From assembly GCA_934553285.1 (NCBI GenBank), contig CAKTFD010000001.1, positions 33,475-97,474 on the forward strand: a stretch of 64,000 nucleotides of DNA. The letters run 5' to 3'. Position 1 is the stretch's first letter, and each line of letters starts with the position of its first letter. Made by a program: the position numbers and the translations under genes. Origin of the DNA: an uncultured Faecalibacterium sp. Lineage in GTDB: Bacteria > Bacillota > Clostridia > Oscillospirales > Ruminococcaceae. Of the stretch, positions 25,023-34,194 are shown piece by piece. Below the pieces are notes generated by a model, which was given only the letters and a program-made list of their open reading frames with translations, was not told where the DNA came from and did not search any database.

Positions 25023-25978
25023 AACGGCATAAAATATACGTCTGTCCGCCACTGCGGGCAGACGTTTTTTGTTGGGTCAAAACCAACCCCGGTGCCATCC
25101 TGCAGGGCTGCACGCGCCTGCAGGTGCAGCACATCCACGCCCTGCTGCCAGCAAGCCTGCAAAAGTGCCGTGCACAGTGCTGCAAGCTGTTGCTGCTGCA
25201 CCTGTGCAGGCAGCGGGCTGTGCGGTGCGCGTTGGCAGTCCAGCCGCAAAAGCACCGGCCCATTTTGCCGCAGGGTGACCGAAATGCTGCAGCGCCGGAT
25301 GCCGATGCGCTCCCCTTCCAGCCAGAACTGCCGGGTGCCGCCCTGCCCGGTGAGCAGCCGGTAGGCTTCGGCCTGTTCTCCGGACAGCGGCATATCACCT
25401 GCCGCTGTGTGCAGGATGCCGCCCGCCTGCAGGGATGCCGCTGCTGCCTCCCAGCGAACAATGGGCAGCAGGCACGGTTCCCGGTGCTGATACAGCCGTG
25501 GAGCGGTGGGAGCGGCTGCTTTCAGCTGTGCCATCAAAACGTCCGGCAGCGCGTCTTGCGCCGTCAGCAGAGCGGGGTCCCCCACTGCGCAGATCAGCCT
25601 TGCCGCTGTGCGTCCACAGCCGCGCCGGAGCACCAGCTGCTCGTACGCTGTAAGCAAAGGCTCCTCTGCCCGGGGCAGCAATAGGTGATCACACAGGCGG
25701 TAACTGGCCGTTTGGGGCAGCGCCTGCTCCGCTGCCGCCAGTGCCCGCTCCAGCGTCAGCCCCTCCGCCTGCACAAACTGCAGCGCAGCAGAGGCTTCGG
25801 CAGCATCTGCTGCGGCTTGGGGTGCCTGATACAAAAGCCCCACCTGCCAGCGCTGCCCCGCCTGCGCCAGATACACGGCCCGCACCATGCTTTTATCGGT
25901 GCTCTCGCAGCGCAGAAACAGCAGGCACCATCCTGCCAGCAGGCAAAGCAGCAAAGGGGTGCAGCGTTTCGGCTTCAT
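25019..25978 (-). CDS. putative Ger(x)C-family spore germination lipoprotein
   Basis: C-terminal 319 codons of the 640-aa ORF-track entry. They start at an ATG whose start codon overlaps the gerAB-like stop (ATGA). Signal-peptide-like N-terminus: MKPKRCTPLLLCLLAGWCLLFLRC. Assignment rests mainly on operon position after GerA and GerB homologs. The 3' end overlaps the kinase stop by 4 nt. Confidence 0.5.
   Translation of the reverse strand: MKPKRCTPLLLCLLAGWCLLFLRCESTDKSMVRAVYLAQAGQRWQVGLLYQAPQAAADAAEASAALQFVQAEGLTLERALAAAEQALPQTASYRLCDHLLLPRAEEPLLTAYEQLVLRRGCGRTAARLICAVGDPALLTAQDALPDVLMAQLKAAAPTAPRLYQHREPCLLPIVRWEAAAASLQAGGILHTAAGDMPLSGEQAEAYRLLTGQGGTRQFWLEGERIGIRRCSISVTLRQNGPVLLRLDCQRAPHSPLPAQVQQQQLAALCTALLQACWQQGVDVLHLQARAALQDGTGVGFDPTKNVCPQWRTDVYFMPF
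25038..25071 (+). terminator. intrinsic terminator after the histidine kinase gene (hairpin flanked by T-runs on both strands)
   Basis: ACGTCTGTCCGCC-act-GCGGGCAGACGT followed by TTTTTT. It sits inside the 3' end of the convergent gerAC-like ORF. Confidence 0.6.
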
Positions 25979-26766
25979 GGCTGCACCCCGGTTTCTGTCC
26001 GCGGCTGCCAGAGCAGACGGATGGCGGCACACAGCATCGCCGCCCGGCAGACGGCGCACAGCAGCCAGAGTAACAGCAGCAGCGCGTCCATGCGGGAGAA
26101 CGTGCCGCCGCTCCACGCCCGCAGCAGTTCCATCTGCGGGTAGGTGCCGCTGCCAAACAGCAGTGCATTGCCCAGCAAAACGGCTGCCTGCACCGCAAAA
26201 CTCCATATCGGGAGCCACACGGTACAGCGCACTGCGCGGGCATTGCACAGGATAGCTCCAGCAAAATACTCTGCATAGACCGGCACACGCCAGGCAAGGT
26301 GCACCGTTTGCACCGAGGGTAGCAGCCGGTACCAGTGCATCTGCCCCATAAGCCCCAGCAGGCAGATCACGCCGCCTGCGCCAGCAAACCACCACAGCAC
26401 CCGGGCGGAGGCATTCCATCCGCCGGGGCGGATATGCCATCCGGCCCAGAGCAGCAACGGCAGAAACCCGATGAGCGCCATGGAGGAAAACTCTGCCGTA
26501 CATAGCCGCTGTGCCTGCCCGATAGTCTGGAGTAATTCCAGAAAAAAGCCCGCCGTCAGCGCCAGACGTACCGCCCGGGAGGGTGCTTTGCCCTGCAGAG
26601 CTGTTGCTGCCATTGCCGAAAGGATGCACAGGCACACCGCGCTGACCGCACCCATGCCCATAGCCCGGCGTACCGGGATGCCCTGCGGGATACTTTCTGC
26701 CACCGCTGCCGTGACCACGCTGAGGGTCAGCGATGCCGGGGTAAATGCGCCTGCTTGCTGCTTCAT
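25975..26766 (-). CDS. putative Ger(x)B-like spore germination integral membrane protein (short, 263 aa)
   Basis: Polytopic membrane protein encoded between the GerAA homolog and the GerC-like gene, with ATGA-type overlaps on both sides. It is shorter than canonical GerAB (about 360 aa). Confidence 0.5.
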   Translation of the reverse strand: MKQQAGAFTPASLTLSVVTAAVAESIPQGIPVRRAMGMGAVSAVCLCILSAMAATALQGKAPSRAVRLALTAGFFLELLQTIGQAQRLCTAEFSSMALIGFLPLLLWAGWHIRPGGWNASARVLWWFAGAGGVICLLGLMGQMHWYRLLPSVQTVHLAWRVPVYAEYFAGAILCNARAVRCTVWLPIWSFAVQAAVLLGNALLFGSGTYPQMELLRAWSGGTFSRMDALLLLLWLLCAVCRAAMLCAAIRLLWQPRTETGVQP

Positions 26767-28232
26767 GGCTGTTTTCTCCCCTTTTTTCTCTTTTTCCAGA
26801 TGTTGAATCCGTGCCGGGATAGCTGCCGGTAATCGCGGCGCAGGATGCCGTCCTCTGCAAGCGGCTGCTGTGGGAATGGGTGCGGCGCAAGGTAGGGCAC
26901 ATCCAGCGCTTCGGTGCTGACGATGTTGAGCAAAAAACCAAAAAATGCCGCCGCCAAACCCACCGGCCCGGCGATCCCTGCCAGCAGCACCGTGCCGATG
27001 CGCAGCAGTGTGGCTGGCTCGTACAGGCCCGGGGTCACAAAGACCGCAATGGCTGTGATGCTGGCCACAAAGATGACCGGGGTGCTCATAAGCCCGGTGG
27101 CAATGGCGGCATCCCCGATGATGAGCGCTGATACCAGACTGACCGAATGCCCCAGCGATTGCGGCATCCGCAGCCCTGCCTCCCGGATGATCTCCAGGAT
27201 CAGGATCACGAGCAGCATCTCCGCAAACAGCGGCAGCGGGGTGGCTTTTTCCGCCGCCTCGATCTTATACAGCAGCTGCGGGGGCAGCAGTTCCGGCAGA
27301 TAGACGGCCACGCATACAAAAACGCCCGGCAGGAACACCGTAAGATAGAAGGAAAAATATTTCAGCACCCGCAAAAAGGAGGAGAACACCGCCGTGGACG
27401 CGTAGTCGTCCAAACACTCGAACTGCTCGCTGAACAATGCGGGCAGCACCAGTGCCGAGGGGCTGCCGTTGACCAAAAGCACGATCCGGCCCTCGCACAA
27501 TTTGGCTGCAGCCACTGCCGGGCGTTCCGTATAGTGCACCGGGGTAAAAAGCCTTGCTCTGCAGGGCAGCAGCCAGGGTACAAAGTAGCTGGAATCCAGC
27601 AGCAACTCCGGCTTTGCTGCGGCCAGTATCTGCCGTACCCGGCGCACCATGGCAGGGTCTGCCAGGTCCCGGCAGTAGCAAAGGGCGTACTCGGTATTGC
27701 ATTGGGTATGCGCCTGCGCCACCTCCTGTACAAGGGTATCGGTGCGGACCAGACGGCGCAAAAGGCTCAGGTTCACCCGCAGCAGATCCGCAAAGCCTTC
27801 CCTGCTGCCCCGCAAATTTCCCTCACCGGAAGGCTCCTGCACCGAGCGGAACTTTAACCCCTGCACCGAAAAGGCAATGCCGCCGGCACACCCCTCCAGC
27901 AGCAGGACTGCCATGCCCGCCGTCAGCCGTTTTACAAGGTCCGGCATATCCTGCACCGGGGTGCGCTCGGCCGGAAAAGCGGAGCCATGCAGGATATGTG
28001 CAAATGCCTGCGTACCGCTCAGCTGTACACAGGCAGACTGACGGCTGGCGGCATCCAGCAAAAGCGCCCACAGAGAATCCAGACTGGCCATGCCGTCAAA
28101 CAATACGATGCAGCCCGGACAGCCGTACAGGACGATCTTCTTCGCATAATAATCGGCCGAAGCGCCAAACATATCATCAAGCGCGGCCAGATTTTCGGCC
28201 AGGCTCTGGGATAGCTGCTGCACACACATCAC
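26763..28232 (-). CDS. spore germination protein GerAA/KA family (A subunit)
   Basis: 489 aa. Conserved GerA-family blocks EGRIVLLVNGSPSALVLP and EMLLVILILEIIREAGLRMPQSLGHSVSLVSALIIGDAAI align to B. subtilis GerAA (NGRVAILVDSSPFVLLVP / [30 protein letters not shown]). Start is GTG 28232 or ATG 28229. Confidence 0.85.
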   Translation of the reverse strand: MMCVQQLSQSLAENLAALDDMFGASADYYAKKIVLYGCPGCIVLFDGMASLDSLWALLLDAASRQSACVQLSGTQAFAHILHGSAFPAERTPVQDMPDLVKRLTAGMAVLLLEGCAGGIAFSVQGLKFRSVQEPSGEGNLRGSREGFADLLRVNLSLLRRLVRTDTLVQEVAQAHTQCNTEYALCYCRDLADPAMVRRVRQILAAAKPELLLDSSYFVPWLLPCRARLFTPVHYTERPAVAAAKLCEGRIVLLVNGSPSALVLPALFSEQFECLDDYASTAVFSSFLRVLKYFSFYLTVFLPGVFVCVAVYLPELLPPQLLYKIEAAEKATPLPLFAEMLLVILILEIIREAGLRMPQSLGHSVSLVSALIIGDAAIATGLMSTPVIFVASITAIAVFVTPGLYEPATLLRIGTVLLAGIAGPVGLAAAFFGFLLNIVSTEALDVPYLAPHPFPQQPLAEDGILRRDYRQLSRHGFNIWKKRKKGRKQP

Positions 28233-28306
28233 TCCTTTGTGTGTGCAGTATGCCCGCTTTGCCGTTGTGGAATACGCCGCGCATACCTGACCGGGAGGTT
28301 TTGTGT

Positions 28307-28999
28307 ATGAAACTGCTACTTTGCCGCACCATCATCCTATACCTGTGCGTCCTGTTTGCCATGCGGCTGATGGGCAAGCGCCAGCTGGGGGAGCTGCAGC
28401 CGGAGGAACTGGTATCCACCATCCTCATCTCCAACCTGGCATCCATCTCTATCGAGTCGGAGGATGTGCCCATCACCGCCAGCCTGATCCCGCTGTTTTT
28501 GATCGCCGCGCTGGAGCTGCTGGGGTCGGTGATCAGTTTCCGCAGCCAGAAATTTTTCAACTTTCTTTCCGGGCGGCCCAAAACAGTCATTCTGGACGGA
28601 AAGATCGATCAGGATGCGCTACGGATGCTGCGGCTGACCACCGCTGACCTGATGGAGGCGCTGCGCGGCAAGGATATCTTTGACCCGCGCAAAGTGTCCT
28701 ACGCCGTGATCGAGACCAATGGCACCCTTTCGGCAGCGCTGCGCCCGGAGCAGGCACCGGTCACCCTGTCTGACCTGCAGTTGAAAGTACAGCAGACGCA
28801 GGCCACCATCCCCTTTGTGCTGGACGGGCAGGTGCTGGAAGATAACCTGCTCTGGTGCGGCAAAGACCATGCCTGGCTGGAGCGCACTGCCCAGGCCAAC
28901 ACCCTGCTGCCGGAGGAGATCCTGCTGCTGATCGGCAACGAGACCGAGGATTATTTTCTGCTGAAAAAAGAGAGCCGGCAGCCGGGAGGAAAACGATGA
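28307..28999 (+). CDS. DUF421 domain membrane protein (YetF/YdfS-like)
   Basis: The ATG at 28307 (MKLLLCRTIILYLCVLFAMRLMGKRQLGELQPEELV...) is preceded by GGGAGG. The real gene is the C-terminal 230 aa of ORF-track entry 27554..28999, whose 5' part is antisense to gerAA. Confidence 0.8.
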   Translation: MKLLLCRTIILYLCVLFAMRLMGKRQLGELQPEELVSTILISNLASISIESEDVPITASLIPLFLIAALELLGSVISFRSQKFFNFLSGRPKTVILDGKIDQDALRMLRLTTADLMEALRGKDIFDPRKVSYAVIETNGTLSAALRPEQAPVTLSDLQLKVQQTQATIPFVLDGQVLEDNLLWCGKDHAWLERTAQANTLLPEEILLLIGNETEDYFLLKKESRQPGGKR

Positions 29000-29364
29000 A
29001 GCGGATCTATGCGTGTATCCTGATCGCAGCCGCCCTGCTGGGGGTATCCTTTTACAGCAGCGGCCGGGTGCAGGCCTTTGCAGAGGACATCTCGGCAGAG
29101 CTGGACTGCGCCATTGAGGCAGTGCGGCAAACGGACTACCCTACCGCCCGGCAGGCACTTGCCGAGGGCGCAGAGCTGTGCGACACCATGCGGGAGACCA
29201 TGAGCCACCTGCTGCGCACCGCCGACTATACCGAACTGGAATCCGCCCTGCGGGCAGCGGACGGATACCTGGAGCAGAATGCCACAGAGGATGCGCTGGG
29301 CGAGCTGCGCCGCGCACAGGTAGAGGTAGAGCGGCTGGAGTGGCTTGCCCGGCGGCTGGTATGA
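28996..29364 (+). CDS. DUF4363 family protein
   Basis: MKRIYACILIAAALLGVSFYSSG... (122 aa). The ATG overlaps the DUF421 stop (ATGA). DUF421-DUF4363 is a common gene pair. Confidence 0.7.
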   Translation: MKRIYACILIAAALLGVSFYSSGRVQAFAEDISAELDCAIEAVRQTDYPTARQALAEGAELCDTMRETMSHLLRTADYTELESALRAADGYLEQNATEDALGELRRAQVEVERLEWLARRLV

Positions 29365-29429
29365 ACCGTTTTGGCATCCTGCAGCTATGCCGCTTTGATA
29401 GGCACTGTTTTTGAAAATTGCGATAAAAG

Positions 29430-29476
29430 CAAAAAGGTGATGCAGCTTCCTGCTTGCGGAAACTGCATCACCTTTT
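29430..29476. terminator. bidirectional intrinsic terminator between DUF4363 gene and tyrS
   Basis: aaaaaGGTGATGCAGCTTCC-tgcttgc-GGAAACTGCATCACCttttt. Both arms carry A/T-runs and the flanking genes are convergent. Confidence 0.6.
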
Positions 29477-29494
29477 TATAAGTTTATAAGCGCC

Positions 29495-30715
29495 TTACAG
29501 CGTTACTTTATGGTAGATCTTTTTGCCCTTTTTGATCACGATGCCCTTGGCCAGCTGCTCTGCAGTAAAGCTGACAGTGGGCGCTGCGACCTTTTCACCG
29601 TCCACCAGAACACCGCCCTGGACGACCAGACGGCGTGCTTCGCCATTGGAGGCAGCCAGACCGGCCTTGACCATTAGGGACAGGATGCCGATGGAGCCAT
29701 CGGTCAGGTCTGCTTCGGTCAGCTGGGTGCTGGGCATGTGCTCGGTATCCATCGCGTTGCCGCTGAACAGGGCGCGGGCAGCGTTCTGAGCCTTTTCGGC
29801 CTCCTCTTTGCCGTGCACCATGCTGGTCATCTCGTAGGCAAGGATCTCCTTGGCCTCGTTCAGGCGCTGATCCTTCCAGGTGCTCATCTCATCGATCTGC
29901 TCCAGCGGCAGGAAGGTGAGCATCCGGATGCACTTCATCACATCGGCATCACCCACATTGCGCCAGTACTGGTAGAACTCGAAGGGGCTGGTCTTGTTGG
30001 GATCCAGCCAGACGGCATTGCCTGCGGTCTTGCCCATCTTTTTGCCCTGAGAGTCGGTCAGCAGCGTAACGGTCATCGCATAGGCGTCCTTGCCCAGTTT
30101 ACGGCGGATCAACTCAGTGCCGCCCAGCATGTTGCTCCACTGGTCATCGCCGCCAAACTGCATGTTGCAGCCGTAGTGCTGGAACATGTAGTAGAAGTCG
30201 TAGCTCTGCATGATCATGTAGTTGAACTCCAGGAAGGACAGGCCCTTCTCCATGCGCTGCTTGTAGCACTCGGCGCGCAGCATGTTGTTCACGGAGAAGC
30301 AGGCACCCACCTCGCGCAGCAGCTCAACATAGTTCAGATCGAGCAGCCAGTCGGCGTTGTTCACCATCAGTGCCTTGCCCTCAGAAAAATCGATGAACTT
30401 TTCCATCTGCTTTTTGAAGCATGCCGCGTTATGAGCGATATCGTCCTTGGTCAGCATCTTACGCATATCGGTACGGCCGGAGGGGTCGCCGATCATGGTG
30501 GTGCCGCCGCCGATCAGTGCGATGGGCTTGTTGCCGGCCAGCTGCAGGCGCTTCATCAGGGTCAGCGCCAGAAAATGGCCTGCGGTCAGGCTGTCGGCAG
30601 TGCAGTCAAAGCCGATATAAAAGGTAGCCTTGCCATTGTTGATAAGGTCGATGATCTCCTCATCGGTGATCTGGGCCACCAGGCCGCGGGCCTTCAGTTC
30701 TTCGTACAGCGTCAT
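29495..30715 (-). CDS. tyrS: tyrosine--tRNA ligase
   Basis: 406 aa. Class I aminoacyl-tRNA synthetase motifs (GFDCTADSLTAGH as the HIGH region, KMGKT as KMSKS) and a C-terminal S4 domain. Confidence 0.95.
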   Translation of the reverse strand: MTLYEELKARGLVAQITDEEIIDLINNGKATFYIGFDCTADSLTAGHFLALTLMKRLQLAGNKPIALIGGGTTMIGDPSGRTDMRKMLTKDDIAHNAACFKKQMEKFIDFSEGKALMVNNADWLLDLNYVELLREVGACFSVNNMLRAECYKQRMEKGLSFLEFNYMIMQSYDFYYMFQHYGCNMQFGGDDQWSNMLGGTELIRRKLGKDAYAMTVTLLTDSQGKKMGKTAGNAVWLDPNKTSPFEFYQYWRNVGDADVMKCIRMLTFLPLEQIDEMSTWKDQRLNEAKEILAYEMTSMVHGKEEAEKAQNAARALFSGNAMDTEHMPSTQLTEADLTDGSIGILSLMVKAGLAASNGEARRLVVQGGVLVDGEKVAAPTVSFTAEQLAKGIVIKKGKKIYHKVTL

Positions 30716-30749
30716 GGGAAAAAACCTCCTGTTTTATGGGGCAGAGGAA

Positions 30750-31040
30750 ACAAAAACACCCTCTGCCAAAATAAATTTGGCAGAGGGCGAGATAACTTCG
30801 CGGTACCACCTCTGTTTGCCGTTTCCTCACAGAAGCGGCCTTACGAGTGCACACCCCAGAGTAGAAGTGACACTCCTGCGTCTTTAACGCTCGCACGCGG
30901 CACAGCCTACTAGCACTTACGCATTCAGCCTGCAGCTCCGGGAGGTATTTCCCCTGCTGTTCTGTGATCCCTTGCACCGACCGGGACTTCTCTGGACAGA
31001 ACATTTCAGGGTACTTGTTCCCTTCATCGCCATTAACGAT
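30750..31040 (-). promoter_or_regulatory. T-box riboswitch leader of tyrS (tyrosine specifier UAC)
   Basis: Minus strand contains the T-box sequence AGAGGUGGUACCGCG (complement of plus-strand 30799-30816). A terminator hairpin CCCTCTGCC-aaatttatttt-GGCAGAGGG plus U-run overlaps the antiterminator region. The specifier-loop context GGGGAAAUACCUCCC has UAC at 30947-30945. An AGAGA box lies upstream. Confidence 0.85.
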
Positions 31041-31044
31041 GTCT

Positions 31045-31073
31045 ACTCTATCACAAGACGGCTGCCTTGTCAA
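31045..31073 (-). promoter_or_regulatory. promoter for the tyrS T-box leader (TTGACA-17bp-TAGAGT with extended TG)
   Basis: Minus strand: TTGACA (31073-31068), 17 nt, then TGaTAGAGT (-10 at 31050-31045). Confidence 0.5.
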
Positions 31074-31109
31074 GTGCTGCAGGTCTGCATAAACAGACAT
31101 TCCATCCGG

Positions 31110-32780
31110 TCAGCCGGTACGTTTGCGCTCCTGCAGCATCTCCCGTGCATTTGCGCGGGAAAGCTCGGTCACATGGTCGCCCGAGATCAGGCGGGCCAGT
31201 GCCTCTACGCGGCCGTTTTCGTCCAATGGATGGATCTCGGTATAGGTGCGCTCATTGGACACGTTTTTCTGGATGAGCAGATGACAATCGGCCAGTGCTG
31301 CGATCTGGGCCGTATGAGTGATACACAGGATCTGATGCCCCTGTGCGCTCTGGCGCAGCACCTCGCCGATGCGCCCGGCTGCTTTGCCGGAAACGCCGCT
31401 GTCGATCTCATCGTAGATGACAGTGGGCACAGCATCCTTATCCGCCATGGCATTTTTGATGGCCAGCGTGATGCGGCTCAGCTCGCCGCCGGATGCGATC
31501 TTTGCAAGCGGCTTAGGAGCCTCGCCGGGGTTTGTGGAGATATAAAACTCCACGCTGTCCTGCCCGTGGCTGGCCAGCGGGCCGCTGGTATGCCGCAGGG
31601 TCATGCGCACGCCCGGCATATTCAAAAAATCCAGCGTGCCGGAAATACGGGCGTTCAGCTCCTCAAACGCTTTCAGGCGGGTCTGGGTCAGGGCTTCTGC
31701 CTTTTCCCGCGCCTGCGCGTAAAGACGCATTTTTTCTGCCTGCAGCGCATCGTAGCGCTGCTGAGAGTGCTGGATATTATCCAGCTCCTCCCGGGCATGC
31801 TGCCCAAAGGCGATCACATCCTCAACGGTGCTGCCGTACTTGCGTTTCAGCCGGTACAGCAGATCCAGCCGCTGCTCCACCTCATCCAGCTCCGCATCGT
31901 TGGTATCGTAGGCATCCAGCCGCCCGATCAGGTCAGCTGCCACATCCTTGGCATTATAGTAAAGATCCAGCAGCTGCCCGGCAGCAGCGGCAAGCGCGGG
32001 GTCCAGCTGTGCTGCAGTGTCCACTGCGTTGGACGCTTCGCCCAGCAGATCTACAGCTCCGGCAGCATCATCGCTGCCAGAAAGCAGTGCATAGCTCTGC
32101 GCCAGACGATCCCGGATGGCAGACGCATTGGCCAGCACCTTCCGGCGGTTTTCCAGCGTCTGCTCCTCCCCGGCGGTCAGCCCGGCGTCTTCGATCTCCT
32201 GTACCTGATACTGCAGCAGATCGATCTTACGCTGTTTTTCAGCTTCATCGGTAATAAGTGCATCCAGCTCCCGCTTGACCCGGACCAGCTCCCGGTACAG
32301 GGTATAGTACGCCTGAAAAACGGTGCGGTTCTGCGCATAGTCATCCAGGATGCCCAGATGATGCGCCGGATTGAGCAGGCCAACGGAATCGTGCTGCCCA
32401 TTGATATTGATCAGGCCGCCGCACAATTCCCGCAGAACGGCTGCTGTGGCAGGCATCCCGTTGATGCGGCAGCTGCTTTTGCCCTCGGCTGTGATCTCGC
32501 GGCTGAGCAAAAGGGCATCCGAACGCTCGTAGCCGGACTGTTCCAGTTTATCCAGAACTGCGGACGGCACCTGCTCAAACGCTGCGCGGATCACCGCCTT
32601 TGCAGCCCCGGTACGCACCAGATCTTTAGAAGTGCGGTTGCCCAGGATCGCATTGATGGAATCGATCAGGATGGATTTACCCGCGCCGGTCTCACCGGTC
32701 AGGACATTCAGCCCCGGTTCAAAGTGCACTTCGGCCTTCTGGATCACGGCAACATTTTCAATTTGCAGGCTGCTCAGCAT
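31110..32780 (-). CDS. recN: DNA repair protein RecN
   Basis: 556 aa. N-terminal Walker A (LTGETGAGKSIL), coiled-coil middle, and a C-terminal ABC signature/Walker B typical of RecN. Confidence 0.95.
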   Translation of the reverse strand: MLSSLQIENVAVIQKAEVHFEPGLNVLTGETGAGKSILIDSINAILGNRTSKDLVRTGAAKAVIRAAFEQVPSAVLDKLEQSGYERSDALLLSREITAEGKSSCRINGMPATAAVLRELCGGLININGQHDSVGLLNPAHHLGILDDYAQNRTVFQAYYTLYRELVRVKRELDALITDEAEKQRKIDLLQYQVQEIEDAGLTAGEEQTLENRRKVLANASAIRDRLAQSYALLSGSDDAAGAVDLLGEASNAVDTAAQLDPALAAAAGQLLDLYYNAKDVAADLIGRLDAYDTNDAELDEVEQRLDLLYRLKRKYGSTVEDVIAFGQHAREELDNIQHSQQRYDALQAEKMRLYAQAREKAEALTQTRLKAFEELNARISGTLDFLNMPGVRMTLRHTSGPLASHGQDSVEFYISTNPGEAPKPLAKIASGGELSRITLAIKNAMADKDAVPTVIYDEIDSGVSGKAAGRIGEVLRQSAQGHQILCITHTAQIAALADCHLLIQKNVSNERTYTEIHPLDENGRVEALARLISGDHVTELSRANAREMLQERKRTG

Positions 32781-32798
32781 GGTTTGGTTCTCCTACCG

Positions 32799-33287
32799 TC
32801 ATCTTTGCCCCACATAGCGGGACAGCTCTGAACAAATGGTCTTGGCATCGCGCTCCGAGCGCGCCACGATCAGGAACGTGTCGTCGCCGGAAAGGGTGCC
32901 GACCACGTTTTTCCACTGCAGGGCGTCAAAAACCTCGCAGGCCGCGTTTGCCATGCCGGAGTAGCATTTTACCAGCACAACATGCCCGGCGTAGTCCACG
33001 CTCAGAACAGATTCCCGGAAAATGGTCTCAAAGCGGCCCTGCGTTTTGGGGTTGAAGCTCTCGTTCCGGCTGGAAACATAGCGATACCCCTCTGTGGTTG
33101 CGGCCTTGACCAGGCACAGCTCCCGGATATCGCGGGAAACGGTGGCCTGCGTTACGTCAAACCCCTCGTTCCGCAGGTGCTCCAGCAGCACCTCCTGGCG
33201 GCTGATCGGATGTTCCTGCACAAGACGCAGGATCGTCTGCAGACGTTCCGCCTTGGTTTTTGTTTCTTCTTTGCGGCTGCGTGCCAT
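32799..33287 (-). CDS. argR: arginine repressor ArgR/AhrC
   Basis: 162 aa. N-terminal winged-helix (QEVLLEHLRNEGFDVTQATVSRDI) and a C-terminal oligomerisation/arginine-binding domain (GDDTFLIVARSE). Confidence 0.9.
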   Translation of the reverse strand: MARSRKEETKTKAERLQTILRLVQEHPISRQEVLLEHLRNEGFDVTQATVSRDIRELCLVKAATTEGYRYVSSRNESFNPKTQGRFETIFRESVLSVDYAGHVVLVKCYSGMANAACEVFDALQWKNVVGTLSGDDTFLIVARSERDAKTICSELSRYVGQR

Positions 33288-33307
33288 CTCAAAAATCGCC
33301 TCCCCTG

Positions 33308-34159
33308 TTATTGTCTTTTGCGCAGTTTCCGGTCAATGGCCTGGAACTGGTCTGCGCGGCCAAAGGTTATCAGCTTGACATTCTGATCAGACAGGCGGAT
33401 CTCTGCCGTGGCACCGGCCTTGAGCGGGTAGCCCGCTCCGCCATCGCAGCTGATGAACACCTCATCGTCTGCCACCTGCCCTACACAGACATTGAGCTTG
33501 CGCTCCTGGGCAAACACCATGGCCGGGCTGGCCAGGCTATGGGGGCAGATAGGGGTAACCACCACGCCTTTCGTCTGCGAATCCAGGATCGGGCCGCCGG
33601 CTGCCAGCGAATAGGCGGTGGAGCCTGTAGGGGTAGCCACGATGACACCATCGCCACGGTAGTGCTCTACCAGAATGTCGTCACAATAAATGCTGAAATC
33701 GATGGCCTGCTGCAAACGCCCCTTTGTTACCACGACATCGTTGAGGGCATGTCCCTCCCAGCCATCCTGGCCGAGCACGCGGACATACAGCAGCATCCGG
33801 TTATCCAGCCGGAACTCTCCACGGGCCACAGCGGCCAGCTTGGTCTCCATTTCGCTGATCTCGCAGGTAGCCAGAAACCCGCAGCGCCCCAGATTGATGC
33901 CAAGAATAGGCTTTGCATACCGGAGCGAAAGATTTGCCTCGTGCAGGATGGTCCCATCTCCGCCGATGGTCAGGATCACATCGGCGCGTTCCAGACACTG
34001 CTCCTGCGGCAGATAGATGACCCCCACGGTGCTGCAGCTCTCCCGCAGAGAATCACACATCAGGACCGCTGCGCCATGGGTCAGCAGGATCTGCGCTGCA
34101 CGCAGGGCAGTCTCACTGGCAGAGCTTTTGCCCGGATTGGGCGAAATATAGATCGTCAT
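33308..34159 (-). CDS. nadK: NAD+ kinase
   Basis: 283 aa with the GGDGT motif (ADVILTIGGDGTILHEA) and an NAD kinase C-terminal domain. Confidence 0.9.
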   Translation of the reverse strand: MTIYISPNPGKSSASETALRAAQILLTHGAAVLMCDSLRESCSTVGVIYLPQEQCLERADVILTIGGDGTILHEANLSLRYAKPILGINLGRCGFLATCEISEMETKLAAVARGEFRLDNRMLLYVRVLGQDGWEGHALNDVVVTKGRLQQAIDFSIYCDDILVEHYRGDGVIVATPTGSTAYSLAAGGPILDSQTKGVVVTPICPHSLASPAMVFAQERKLNVCVGQVADDEVFISCDGGAGYPLKAGATAEIRLSDQNVKLITFGRADQFQAIDRKLRKRQ

Positions 34160-34194
34160 ACCGGTTTCTCCTTTGCTGGCAGCTGGGTCTTATT

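Noticed and set aside
25019-26941. 640-aa minus-strand ORF treated as a single gene
   Set aside because: Its N-terminal two thirds overlap the gerAB-like gene in another frame and have no recognisable domains. Only the C-terminal 319 codons, starting at an ATG coupled to the gerAB stop, are credible. Long spurious ORFs are expected at this GC content.
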